64,000 nucleotides of DNA from an uncultured virus (IMG/VR IMGVR_UViG_3300048597_000249) (Duplodnaviria; Heunggongvirae; Uroviricota; Caudoviricetes), in the IMG/VR virus record IMGVR_UViG_3300048597_000249; one strand, given 5' to 3'. Numbering within the stretch: position 1 is the stretch's first letter; the number at the start of each line of letters is the position of its first letter. The notes beneath the pieces are model-generated. The model saw nothing but the letters and a program-made list of their open reading frames with translations. It ran no database searches and was not told the DNA's origin. This document shows positions 9,321 to 19,100 of this stretch, one piece after another. The position numbers and the translations under genes are program-made.

Positions 9321-10679
9321 ATGTTTGATTTTACGCCATTTCATACTGTATCTTCACAACTTGGCGAATACTGTAACTTAGTTAATCAAGATATTATTGC
9401 GCCGAATAAAATACCACTACAAAAATTAATCGATACTTTTGAGTCAGATCCCATTGCCAGTGCTTGTGGTAGTCTCATTTCAAGTCGTGCTACACAATTA
9501 CTTAATCGTCCTTACATTAATAAATCTAACAAAGAAATAGAAGTTTTTGTCCAAAAAAATTTCGACTTAATGGAAGATAATCTGTCGGCATTTATTGCGT
9601 CAATGTCTTCTGCTAAATTGGTCGGTTTTTCAGCGGCGGAAATTAGATTTAAAAAACAACAAAAAAAACTTTGGCTCAAAGGATTCCACGTTCTTAATCC
9701 CACCAAAATCAGCGCTAAAGCTAGTCATGGTCGTTTGACACAGTTTAAATACAATGACTCTGGGATTGAAAAATATGTGCCAATCTGGAAAGTGATTCAT
9801 GTTACAAATGGTACTAATACGTGTTTTGGTACACGATTAATTTATGGTTCGGCGGAAATAATGAAAGCATATGCGCTTATACGTCTCAAACAACTCATCT
9901 GGGCGAATATGGCTGTTACATCGCGTCGTTTGGCAACCGGCATCATTCTTGGTAAAACGGACAGTAACAAAAGCACATTGCTCCTAGATCCCAAAACTGG
10001 TAAACCACGTATTGATACCAATACTGGCAAAGAAATGGAGGTTAAAGCGTCATTTCAATTGGCGCAACAATTAAAAACAGTTGAAAATTTCGGCGTAATC
10101 GTCACTGATAGTAATAACGATGTGGGTACGTTGAATATCAATGGCGGCGAACAATTTTGGAATTTGGCGATAAATTTAATTGACCAACAAATCATGCGTT
10201 GTTTCCAAGTGCCGGATACTGTTTTTTCAGCACCCACAAATCCATTTGGTAACGGTTTGGTATCAAGCAATCAACTGTCGTTGTTGGATGCGAATATTAT
10301 GACTTTCGCAATTCGACTCAAAGATCAGTTGCTTGAAAAAGTGGTGCGCCCATTAATTTATCTCAATTTTGGCAAAGGTAGTACAGACACACTTGGCGAT
10401 TGGGATATACACGACGAAATTAATGAGCAGAAGAATCAGCAGATATTGGGTAATTTAATACAAGCAATGGGTATGGGAGTGTTGAACAGTCAGGATTATG
10501 ATGCGGTTAATGCGTTGAGGGAGAAGTTAGACTTGCCGAAAATCAATGTTGAGACAGTGGCACAACAGAAGGAATTGGAAGCTAAATTGCAAGCGTTACA
10601 ACAGAAAGTAGCAATGGCTGGACAACAAGAACAAGCACCGACGCAAGTACCACCTGAAGAACAACAAGAGTATATTTGA
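9321..10679 (+). CDS. Portal protein (Mu gp29/DUF935-like)
   Basis: 452 aa; GFSAAEI, IDQQIMR and LLEKVVRPLIYLNFG motifs characteristic of DUF935-type portals. Confidence 0.8.
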   Translation: MFDFTPFHTVSSQLGEYCNLVNQDIIAPNKIPLQKLIDTFESDPIASACGSLISSRATQLLNRPYINKSNKEIEVFVQKNFDLMEDNLSAFIASMSSAKLVGFSAAEIRFKKQQKKLWLKGFHVLNPTKISAKASHGRLTQFKYNDSGIEKYVPIWKVIHVTNGTNTCFGTRLIYGSAEIMKAYALIRLKQLIWANMAVTSRRLATGIILGKTDSNKSTLLLDPKTGKPRIDTNTGKEMEVKASFQLAQQLKTVENFGVIVTDSNNDVGTLNINGGEQFWNLAINLIDQQIMRCFQVPDTVFSAPTNPFGNGLVSSNQLSLLDANIMTFAIRLKDQLLEKVVRPLIYLNFGKGSTDTLGDWDIHDEINEQKNQQILGNLIQAMGMGVLNSQDYDAVNALREKLDLPKINVETVAQQKELEAKLQALQQKVAMAGQQEQAPTQVPPEEQQEYI

Positions 10680-10692
10680 TGAATATTTATAT

Positions 10693-10925
10693 GGAATTAG
10701 ATTTAGTTCCAATTATAATTCCACTTCCAATTCCACCCTATAACCCATATACAGTAAGCATCGTAAACGTTTGGAACTGAAGGAACTAGAATATTCAATA
10801 TAAAAAAAAATAATGTTGTGAATAAATTTTTTGTTAAAATACGGTTCCATAGTTCCAAAAACCACGAAACCGTTATTTTACAAGTGTTTTAAAGTGGAAC
10901 TAGATTTTATTTCGGTTCCGAACTT
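10693..10925. repeat. Iteron-like GGAACT/AGTTCC repeat cluster, putative replication origin
   Basis: About ten GGAAYT/RxTTCC hexamers in both orientations around AT-rich tracts, immediately downstream of the VirE gene. Confidence 0.6.
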
Positions 10926-12043
10926 GATTCCACTTGGTCATTATAATTCCACCAATAACCTTTAATCTTTTTATATCGAGTTGTTTTTGTTGGTTTTATT
11001 AACCCACATATATCAACAAGTATATCGATAATATCGTTGCGAGTAGGTGGTAAATTTAATTCGGCGCATAAATCTTTTAATCGGAATGGTTCATTATTTT
11101 CTTTTTTACATTCAACGTATTCCTTAATAGATTCTGTTAATCCGTTAGTTTGTTTGAAATTTTGATTTAGTGCATTACTCTCTTCTTGTTCGTCCGGCGT
11201 TAACCACCATTGATAATTTTCCTTAAACAGGTGGAACGCTTCACCCCATATACGTTCTCGATTTTTTTCAACCCAAGGTATATCAATTGGCTTATGTACT
11301 TTTGTGACCCAAAATCGTCGCTCACCACTATCGTCAACTAAAAATCGCTCTTTGTTTGTTGTGCCACATAATACAAATGTGCGAGGTACTTTTTCAAACT
11401 CGCTTGTGGTGTAATAACGTCGCCATGCATCATGTGTAGTTGTAATAAACGATTTAACTTTGGCGATATTTCGTTTATTAATGTTGCTTTCAAGTTCGTC
11501 ATAACACAACATCCAGAACGATGAACAAAGTTTCATTAACTCTGTTTCGTTCATTTGGGGACGTATGGTTGAAAAATTAGTACTACCAGCCAATGTGCGG
11601 AAAAATGAAGTTTTATAAATACCTTGTTTACGGGATTGTAAAACCAATACTTGGTCAACCTGACAACCTGGTTTGAATACACGAGCAACAGCGCTAACAA
11701 GAAATTTTTTGACATACAGTTCTTCAATGCGTGTTTGACAAGTGAGTATATCTTTAGTCAAAGTGTCGATGCTGTTATTTGTGCCGTATTCGTTATAGGC
11801 ACGTTCAATATAGAGACGCATGGAAGAATAAACATTTTCGCACCCGTTATGAAGAAGGTTGCGCATAGATTCATCGGAAATGTGTATATCATGTTTATCC
11901 ATGAAATCAAAGTTAAACCTGTTTATATTTACGGGTTGTCCATTGTGCGTGAATGATTTACAATAAGTATCGTAGGACATTGAAGGAAAGTATTCATTGC
12001 GTAAAATTTCAAGAACTTCTTTCTCTATTGTCTGAATCTTCAT
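10907..12043 (-). CDS. VirE/VapE-family P-loop ATPase (SF3 helicase-like)
   Basis: QGIYKTSFF Walker A, YDELE Walker B, GTTN..FLVDDSGERRFW; start set at ATG 12043. Confidence 0.88.
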   Translation of the reverse strand: MKIQTIEKEVLEILRNEYFPSMSYDTYCKSFTHNGQPVNINRFNFDFMDKHDIHISDESMRNLLHNGCENVYSSMRLYIERAYNEYGTNNSIDTLTKDILTCQTRIEELYVKKFLVSAVARVFKPGCQVDQVLVLQSRKQGIYKTSFFRTLAGSTNFSTIRPQMNETELMKLCSSFWMLCYDELESNINKRNIAKVKSFITTTHDAWRRYYTTSEFEKVPRTFVLCGTTNKERFLVDDSGERRFWVTKVHKPIDIPWVEKNRERIWGEAFHLFKENYQWWLTPDEQEESNALNQNFKQTNGLTESIKEYVECKKENNEPFRLKDLCAELNLPPTRNDIIDILVDICGLIKPTKTTRYKKIKGYWWNYNDQVESSSEPK

Positions 12044-12156
12044 GGTAAAATTGTTAGAATTATTTGAACAGAATGCGTCGTTGGTTGTACCCAATGGCGT
12101 ATTTTTATTTTAACACGTTATAATATACTTGTGTGTCAACTTACTACTATTAAAAA

Positions 12157-12321
12157 ATGCAGAATAGATTTCATTCCGCCCCTATTAACATCATGGTAGA
12201 ACCCGAAGATAAAGAGTTTTTAAAAACATATTGCGCCAAAAAAAATAAATCTGTGACGATGGTTTTAAGGGATTATATTAAACAACTTAAATATAGTTAC
12301 GAGAATAAAACATCAGCTTAA
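12157..12321 (+). CDS. Small ribbon-helix-helix (CopG-like) regulator, not in ORF track
   Basis: 54 aa MQNRFHSAPINIMVEPEDKEFLKTYCAKKNKSVTMVLRDYIKQL; divergent from the VirE gene. Confidence 0.65.
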   Translation: MQNRFHSAPINIMVEPEDKEFLKTYCAKKNKSVTMVLRDYIKQLKYSYENKTSA

Positions 12322-12670
12322 AATTATTTATTTTTAGTATTTCATATAAAGATTATGAATATTTTTCCAATTTCTAAATTATTTGCTATTTATAGTTCAG
12401 TAGAAGAATTGCACATTAACACTATAGAAATTGCCCAATTAAATACCATAGTTATGAATAAAGATTCGTTATATTACGATCCTCATATTTTGGTAATTAA
12501 ATCAGAAAATAAAATATAAATGATTTTATATTAGGTGTTGATGAAAATTTATTAATAGTATTTAGCGGCGAGAAAAAAAACAATTGAATTTCACGAAAAA
12601 CTAATTGATTTATTTTACACTTCTTTTGTGGGTGTTAAAATTGATTGTGAATAAAAATAAATAAAATATT

Positions 12671-13474
12671 ATGGCAAAACGCAAACCCACTTTAAGATTT
12701 GACAATAAAAAAAATAATACGCCGTATTTTAAAACTCACATTAAAGAACTAAATCAACGTCTTGTTTGGTGGGGTGAACTTGATGAACAATATAATAACG
12801 ACCTTTTTTCAACCCACACTCTGGATGCAGTTCTCTCTTTTCAATTGAAAAAACAATTAGTAGAAGATGGTGTTGTTGGCGCAAAAACTTGGAATGCTCT
12901 ATTGACGGAGTCAATCACTCTGTCCGTCGAACCTCTTAACGACGTTGAAAAAGTAGAGATTATTACTCAATGTGGCGAAAATGGTTGTTATATCGAACCA
13001 CAAAAACATGAAGATTTAACTGCTGGTATTGCGTTGTTGAAACAATGGGAAGGATTACGTTTAGCGGCGTATCCCGATTCTGGCACAGGTGATAAACCAA
13101 TCACAATTGGATATGGTTCGACGATTGATATTGACGGCAAACCTTTTCAATTGGGACGTAAGATTACGAAAGATTATGCCGAAGATTTACTACGCATTGA
13201 AATCGCCGAAAAATACCTCCCACAACTGCGCAAAATACCTTACTGGCATGAAATGAATTCTAATCAACAAGGAGCGTTATTAAGTTTTGCGTGGAATCTT
13301 GGTGCGTATTTTTACGGCGCAGATGGATTTGAAACTATTACGAGGGTATTGCGTAGCAAAGAATGGAGTATGGTTCCAAAAGCGCTAATGTTGTATGTCA
13401 ATCCTGGTAGTAGTGTTGAAAAAGGATTGCGTAATCGTCGTCAAGCGGAAGGACAACTATGGTCAAAACGCTAA
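12671..13474 (+). CDS. Endolysin: peptidoglycan-binding domain plus GH24 lysozyme
   Basis: FQ..L.EDGVVGAKTW binding motif; WEGLRLAAYPD..TIGYGST; GLRNRRQAEGQLW. Confidence 0.92.
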   Translation: MAKRKPTLRFDNKKNNTPYFKTHIKELNQRLVWWGELDEQYNNDLFSTHTLDAVLSFQLKKQLVEDGVVGAKTWNALLTESITLSVEPLNDVEKVEIITQCGENGCYIEPQKHEDLTAGIALLKQWEGLRLAAYPDSGTGDKPITIGYGSTIDIDGKPFQLGRKITKDYAEDLLRIEIAEKYLPQLRKIPYWHEMNSNQQGALLSFAWNLGAYFYGADGFETITRVLRSKEWSMVPKALMLYVNPGSSVEKGLRNRRQAEGQLWSKR

Positions 13475-13502
13475 AATAAAATTGTAGCTATATTTAATTA
13501 TT

Positions 13503-13772
13503 ATGTTTAACCGATTTTTTACAATGATTATTAGTTTTGCGAAAACATTATTTTTTCGTAGTATTGCGCCGAAAAGTAAAGTAAATACTGAGGTTGAAAA
13601 AAGTATTGTCGAAATCGATACTATTCTAGAAACTATTCCAAAAGATACTGTGGTCGAATTAGTTAATATTATTAGCGGCAACAAGATTTCTGAAAAAGAT
13701 CGTGAAACTTATAAACAAGTTTTAGATACGACGTTTAGTATCGCAACTTTAGTTAAAAAATTGGCTAAATAG
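13503..13772 (+). CDS. Hypothetical protein downstream of lysin
   Basis: 89-aa ORF directly after the endolysin. Confidence 0.5.
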   Translation: MFNRFFTMIISFAKTLFFRSIAPKSKVNTEVEKSIVEIDTILETIPKDTVVELVNIISGNKISEKDRETYKQVLDTTFSIATLVKKLAK

Positions 13773-14715
13773 CGTTAATTAAAACAGGTTCGATCCAGAC
13801 TAGTTTATGGTCTGGGTTATTTCTTTTGCCGCAAATTTGATTGCGATAATGTCCCCGTCGCCAATGTTGTGTTTTCTTTGCGCCGATTTTATTATTTATT
13901 TTTTCAACCAAAGTTTTTGTTTTATAATTTTCACCAACAATATACGGTTCTAATTTGTTTTTATTTGGCGCTTTATTTTTATTTATTTTAGTGGGCTCGG
14001 TAATTATTTTTTCTTCGTATGTTTGCAAATAAATTAATGTGTTGATTATTAAATTAAACAAAGTTTCCATAAATTTTTTTTCAACATTTTCATCTGTTCG
14101 TTCGTCGGTGCGAATGATAAAATTATCTTTTCCTTGTTCTGTATTTAATTTACCATCAATTAAATATAATGCTCTATTGCTGGAATATTGATAACGGTCA
14201 GAATCATAGCAAGAAAAAGTTAATGAGTCGTAGTTATTTTTATAAGTAGTTAAAATATTGTTGCGAATATTAACATCGGGAAAAATATCTGTCGCCAAAT
14301 TGTGAGAAAAAATAACCCATCTAATGTCAGCACCATCAGGTGTTTTTAAACCATATGGTAAAAATAAAATGCCATTTTTCACAACACGGTGAAAAGATTG
14401 TAATTGGGATGGAATATCGGTATGTTGAAAAGCTTGGAATAAATTTGGCGATAACCACAATGGTTTAAAATCATTTGCCAGAAAATCAGCAATTGTTAAC
14501 AAGCAATTTTTGTGTACGAAATCAGTTTGAAAAAAATCAATAGGATAACTGTCGTAAGAATAACGAATTCGCGCAATCTCAAACATCACATCGTCGTATT
14601 CGACATAACCTTTTAAGTGTCGATATTTATTTTGCGTGAGTTGTTTATAATATTTTGACTTTTTAGTGGCTTGATTTAATAATTTAACTAATGCGCGATC
14701 TGTTGGGTCAATCAT
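13765..14715 (-). CDS. Phage hypothetical protein with C-terminal HWRRGH motif
   Basis: HWRRGHYRNQ..G..KLVWIEPVLI, a recurring phage C-terminal motif. Confidence 0.6.
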   Translation of the reverse strand: MIDPTDRALVKLLNQATKKSKYYKQLTQNKYRHLKGYVEYDDVMFEIARIRYSYDSYPIDFFQTDFVHKNCLLTIADFLANDFKPLWLSPNLFQAFQHTDIPSQLQSFHRVVKNGILFLPYGLKTPDGADIRWVIFSHNLATDIFPDVNIRNNILTTYKNNYDSLTFSCYDSDRYQYSSNRALYLIDGKLNTEQGKDNFIIRTDERTDENVEKKFMETLFNLIINTLIYLQTYEEKIITEPTKINKNKAPNKNKLEPYIVGENYKTKTLVEKINNKIGAKKTQHWRRGHYRNQICGKRNNPDHKLVWIEPVLINAI

Positions 14716-14739
14716 AATACTTGTTAGAATAAATTATTA

Positions 14740-14940
14740 ATGAATTTGGTTGAAAAAAAAATGTTAAAACAAATTGTCGAAAATAATAAAAATGTCATCT
14801 TTCTTTTTCATGCTGTATCGGCGCATTTAGTGATTGGTTTGTTATTCGGCGCAAAATATCGTGAACAACTTGATATATTTCTCGATAGCGAGTTATTTAA
14901 ATTAATTAATTTAATTCATTATCTGCGCAATTTTATTTAA
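14740..14940 (+). CDS. Small protein with one hydrophobic segment
   Basis: 66 aa, VIFLFHAVSAHLVIGLLFGA. Confidence 0.45.
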   Translation: MNLVEKKMLKQIVENNKNVIFLFHAVSAHLVIGLLFGAKYREQLDIFLDSELFKLINLIHYLRNFI

Positions 14941-14946
14941 TTAACC

Positions 14947-15027
14947 ATGGTGGACTATTTCGCTTTTGGATTATTGTTAGTTATTGTTTTTGCAATTTAT
15001 TTTTGGATGCTCGAATATTTGCTATAA
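14947..15027 (+). CDS. 26-aa hydrophobic single-helix peptide, not in ORF track
   Basis: MVDYFAFGLLLVIVFAIYFWMLEYLL. Confidence 0.5.
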   Translation: MVDYFAFGLLLVIVFAIYFWMLEYLL

Positions 15028-15196
15028 AAATTAAACACCACCTACGTTGCGCATATTTATAGAGGCGGAGGTGGTGTGATCACCCGCCAGTTTGAGGATG
15101 CTTATGCACTAGCCTGGGCAGGTTGCTGTAAATATTTTAACATAGACTTTTTTCCAGAAATAGAGTAACCCCCTTATTTGAGCATACAACAGAGGC

Positions 15197-15355
15197 TTAG
15201 GGGGTTTTGTTACTTTCTATTTTAACAGTGGAATAATTTTGCGCCAACCATTCTTTGTATTTTTTCGCCGCCATAATTAATTTTTCAGACGGTGGTGAAT
15301 TACTTAACAATTCGGCGATAAACAATTGACTGTCTTTTACACCTAGTTTCAACAT
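15197..15355 (-). CDS. 52-aa protein resembling the C-terminal half of DUF1778/TacA antitoxins, not in ORF track
   Basis: MLKLGVKDSQLFIAELLSNSPPSEKLIMAAKKYKE; start overlaps the upstream stop (ATGTTGA). Confidence 0.5.
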   Translation of the reverse strand: MLKLGVKDSQLFIAELLSNSPPSEKLIMAAKKYKEWLAQNYSTVKIESNKTP

Positions 15356-15555
15356 CGTGCTCCTAATTTACGCATCAGTCGTTGGTGCATTTGTTCTTCT
15401 TGCATTTCTTCACGTTGGCGACGTTCTTCCGCTTCGAGTTGGATGAGTAGAGATAGTTTTTCCTTTCTAGCATCGGCGTAACGTTTGATACGTTGTTCTC
15501 TAGCTTCGTCTAGTTTTCTTTGTGCTTCGGCAATGTCGGGATCTGCGTGGTACAT
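15349..15555 (-). CDS. Small coiled-coil protein
   Basis: 68 aa, E/R/Q-rich, behind a strong promoter. Confidence 0.6.
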   Translation of the reverse strand: MYHADPDIAEAQRKLDEAREQRIKRYADARKEKLSLLIQLEAEERRQREEMQEEQMHQRLMRKLGARC

Positions 15556-15582
15556 AATCTTTAGCCGTATGGATTATATGCA

Positions 15583-15612
15583 ATCATACCGGAACATTGG
15601 GAACAATGTCAA
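15583..15612 (-). promoter_or_regulatory. Sigma70-type promoter with a tandem repeat in the spacer
   Basis: TTGACA-18 nt-TATGAT; contains GGAACATTG/GGAACAATG direct repeat (plus strand). Confidence 0.7.
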
Positions 15613-15665
15613 TAGTTATTTTAATTGGTTAATATTTATTTGATGAATGTTGAAAAATAAATATA

Positions 15666-16142
15666 ATGACGATTAAAGAATTCGCCGCACTTAATTTAAT
15701 AAAATCCGTAATTAAAAAAAATAAAAAATACAGTGTTAACAATACTCCTTTTCAAACAACGGAGTCATTATTAACTTTTCTTTTTAAAAATAAAAATATA
15801 ACACTAGATAAAAAAGAATTTGAAAATTATATTGAACAACTTGCGGTAGAAGAAAAAATAACTGAGAAAAAAATACAAGAAAAAATTCAGCGAATGTTCG
15901 GCGGAAAACGAGAAGTACATACTCCAGTTGGTTATGTCGATTTAGTAACCGATACCGAAATAATTGAGTGTAAGCTCGCTAGAGATTTCAAACACGCCGT
16001 CGGGCAAATTATGGCGTATCATCAATTTTTTCAAAATCACGACAAAGCGATTTACCTTTTCGGCGAATGTCCAGCAAACATAAGTGAATGTTATAGATTG
16101 TGTCGAGAGAATAAGATTAAGTTATATGGTGAATTTTGGTGA
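15666..16142 (+). CDS. PD-(D/E)XK nuclease-like protein
   Basis: EV.TPVGYVDLVT..EIIECK...HAVGQIMAY. Confidence 0.7.
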   Translation: MTIKEFAALNLIKSVIKKNKKYSVNNTPFQTTESLLTFLFKNKNITLDKKEFENYIEQLAVEEKITEKKIQEKIQRMFGGKREVHTPVGYVDLVTDTEIIECKLARDFKHAVGQIMAYHQFFQNHDKAIYLFGECPANISECYRLCRENKIKLYGEFW

Positions 16143-19100
16143 TTAAGCATAGGTACTTGTTGCATCTAATACACCGCTAGAAGATCCTGGTAAAAATGTT
16201 GAACTTCCTCCATTGGTTAAAATCAAGGAGCGGTAATAACCTATATATCTATCACCTGTTGCACTTCCTGAAAAACTAAGCCCACTACCACCCGCAAAAC
16301 AATTGATCAAACCCATTGATGCACACCACCAAAATCCCCCATTGGAAAAAGAAGGTGTTCCAGTTAATGTAACAGTGATGGGAGCAATAGCCTCTGCGTC
16401 CCTGAAATCTATAGTGGAATCTACTTCAGACAATAAATGCATATTGGCGGAACCAGTAATGGAATAACTACCCATAATTCTCAATAAACTTTTATTGGTG
16501 GTAGTGACATGGCGTGAACTAAATGATCCTCCCGGCATTGCACCAAATACAATGTTATCAATATCGCAATCAGCATTAGACAAAAACAGACAAGCTCGTG
16601 TGTTGCTAGAACTTGTGGTACTTTGGACTTTTAAATCTTTAATTACCCAAGAAGTCCCTTTGGTTCCAATTATCTCGAAGCAAGATTTAGTAAGACCTTC
16701 TATGATAACGTTTGAAGGAGTTGTTGAATTCCCTTGAATTATACCTTTGCCAGATCCGATTAACTTTTTTAATACAACAGAATTAGACAAGATATATGTT
16801 CCGTCTACAATCTGTATAACAACATTGTAAATACTTAAATCTAAACTCGATGCCACATCAATTGCTTTTTGAATGGTAAGAAATGCTCCACCAGAATTAT
16901 TAGTTAAGCCATTGTTACTATCGCTTCCATCAGTCCGAACATAATAAGTTCTATCGGTAGTTAAAACTTCTCGCCTAGTGCCAGGAATCCATACTGTTCC
17001 ATTCCATACCATTGTCTGACCAATTATCAAACCAGTAATATCAACATCAGATAAATCTTCGTAAGCATTAGCTCCGCCACCACTACCAATTTCTTCTTCA
17101 CTACCACCAGCAGGACGTTTGTAAATTTTCCCATCTGATTTAGCGTAAACAATTGTGTTACCCGCATCAGGATCAGAAGGTGTGGCGATATGCTCAAGGG
17201 TTAGTCCACTTGCTGCACTTACTGTACCTGTGGCACCAGGATCTCCTTTTTCGACACATAAATCCCATTCTGGTTCAAGTCCTGGCTCTTTGTTTGTGTT
17301 GTTTGAAACGGCGATATAAACATTGCCAGCATGTTTAACAATATCATCAACAAGATACGCTGTTGCATTATCCCATTCGCTCAACCAATTAATACCAGAT
17401 TTACTAATTGTGACAACTGTTTTTTCACCAACATCATCGTCAGTAACAGTAATACCAGAACCGACAAAATTAAGCGTATTTCGCTGGGTTAATGGAGCAC
17501 CATCTTCTTCAATAGTATGACCACCACTAGTACTCGCAATTAAATCATCTAATGTTTCTAATGCTTTTTGAACAGTGTCATCATCTTCGGTTAAATTATT
17601 GTCAAAATTAGTGGTGTCAATGGTAATATTTTCAGCAGTTAGTTGTGAAGTTTTTGCTACTTGTTCAACATAAGTTCCATCAATATCGCCAGGTAACGTA
17701 TGTCCGTTTAGTTTCACATAACAAGTTGTTTCTAAAGTTTCAAATCTTTTACCAACAAATGTCCCAGTACCAGTAATAGCAGAAAAAAGAATCTCTAATC
17801 TAGCGTTTCTTGTTAGCTGGAAATAACTTGTTGTTGGTTCAATGTCAAATCCACCTGCATCAAATGTTGTTGTAACAAGAAAAGTAGTATCATAAATTTC
17901 TGCAATAGCAGTTGGCGAATCCATGCCAAATTTAACCAAACCAAATAATATTACTCGACTACTTGCTCCTGCAAAAATACAAGTTCTATCAGTAACATCA
18001 TGATCGAAAAATACATTACCTATTCTTACAACAGCATTTGTATAATCAATGTCTATACAATCTGTAATTTTAATATTTTCAATTTTAATGTCGGCAGATC
18101 CAGCGTAATAAATCGGTAAGTAATCGATAGTTACACCAGGTTCTGCAAAACTGCCCACCCAAGATGAACCAACAATCCAAACATTTGCTCCATCAGGTAA
18201 TGCAAATGCGTTGAATGAAAAATCGGTTCCTTTTTCGTAGCTAGAACCTTCTTCTAAGTTGATAACAATTCTATAGTCGTCGTAAATATAATTCTGGCAT
18301 CTTAACAATGCTGTTTGAAAAGGGATTGGTGTTTCAACTGTTAATCCATCATTTTCAACATTACCATCTGGCGCAACATATAATTCCAAATCTTCTGTAA
18401 GCAGAATTTTACCAGGTGTTACTTCAATATCAAATGAATTATCAACTTCATTTTCGGTAATGATAAACCCTTTGCCGAAATTAATAAATTCTTTTTCCGC
18501 AAGTTCTACACCATCATCCTTAACTTTTACGCCACCACCAACTTCTTTCCATATTGCCGCACCTTCAGTTGCGTCAACAAGCGTGTATTCTTTAGCTTCT
18601 ACGGTGTCTAACCACCTGTCACCTACCTTGTATCCTAAAGTCTCGTCATCATCGGTTGTAGGCGCAATTTCAGCGGGGAAACTGTGTGTCTCGAAATATA
18701 AAGTCGATACCCAATATCCATTTTCATCGTCGGGTTGAAAAACATATGTATTATCGACGATAAAATCACCAGTAAGATGGTAGACATATTGTTGCCGAGT
18801 TTCTTTACAGTAAACAGTGCGTCCTTCGTAATAATCAGTTAGTGCTTTGATTACAGTTTTCGTTGAATAAATAATTCCTCCAAATACTTCTTCTCCACCC
18901 AATAACGCTTCGGCAACACATCCCAATGATGTACTGTGCGTAATGTCACTAATTGTTTCACCATTCCAGTAATACGAATGTGCTACTCGATAATTATCAG
19001 CGGCAAAATTGCCAATACCAGTTTCGGCGGCAACATCATTATCGACAGGGTTGAAAAAAGATTGCTCAACATCCGGTAAGTCAATTTCGGCGACAACAAC

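Noticed and set aside
10693..10740. GTTCCAATT as a possible CRISPR repeat start
   Set aside because: No repeat-length periodicity, hairpin or GAAAC end; fits iteron-like hexamers better
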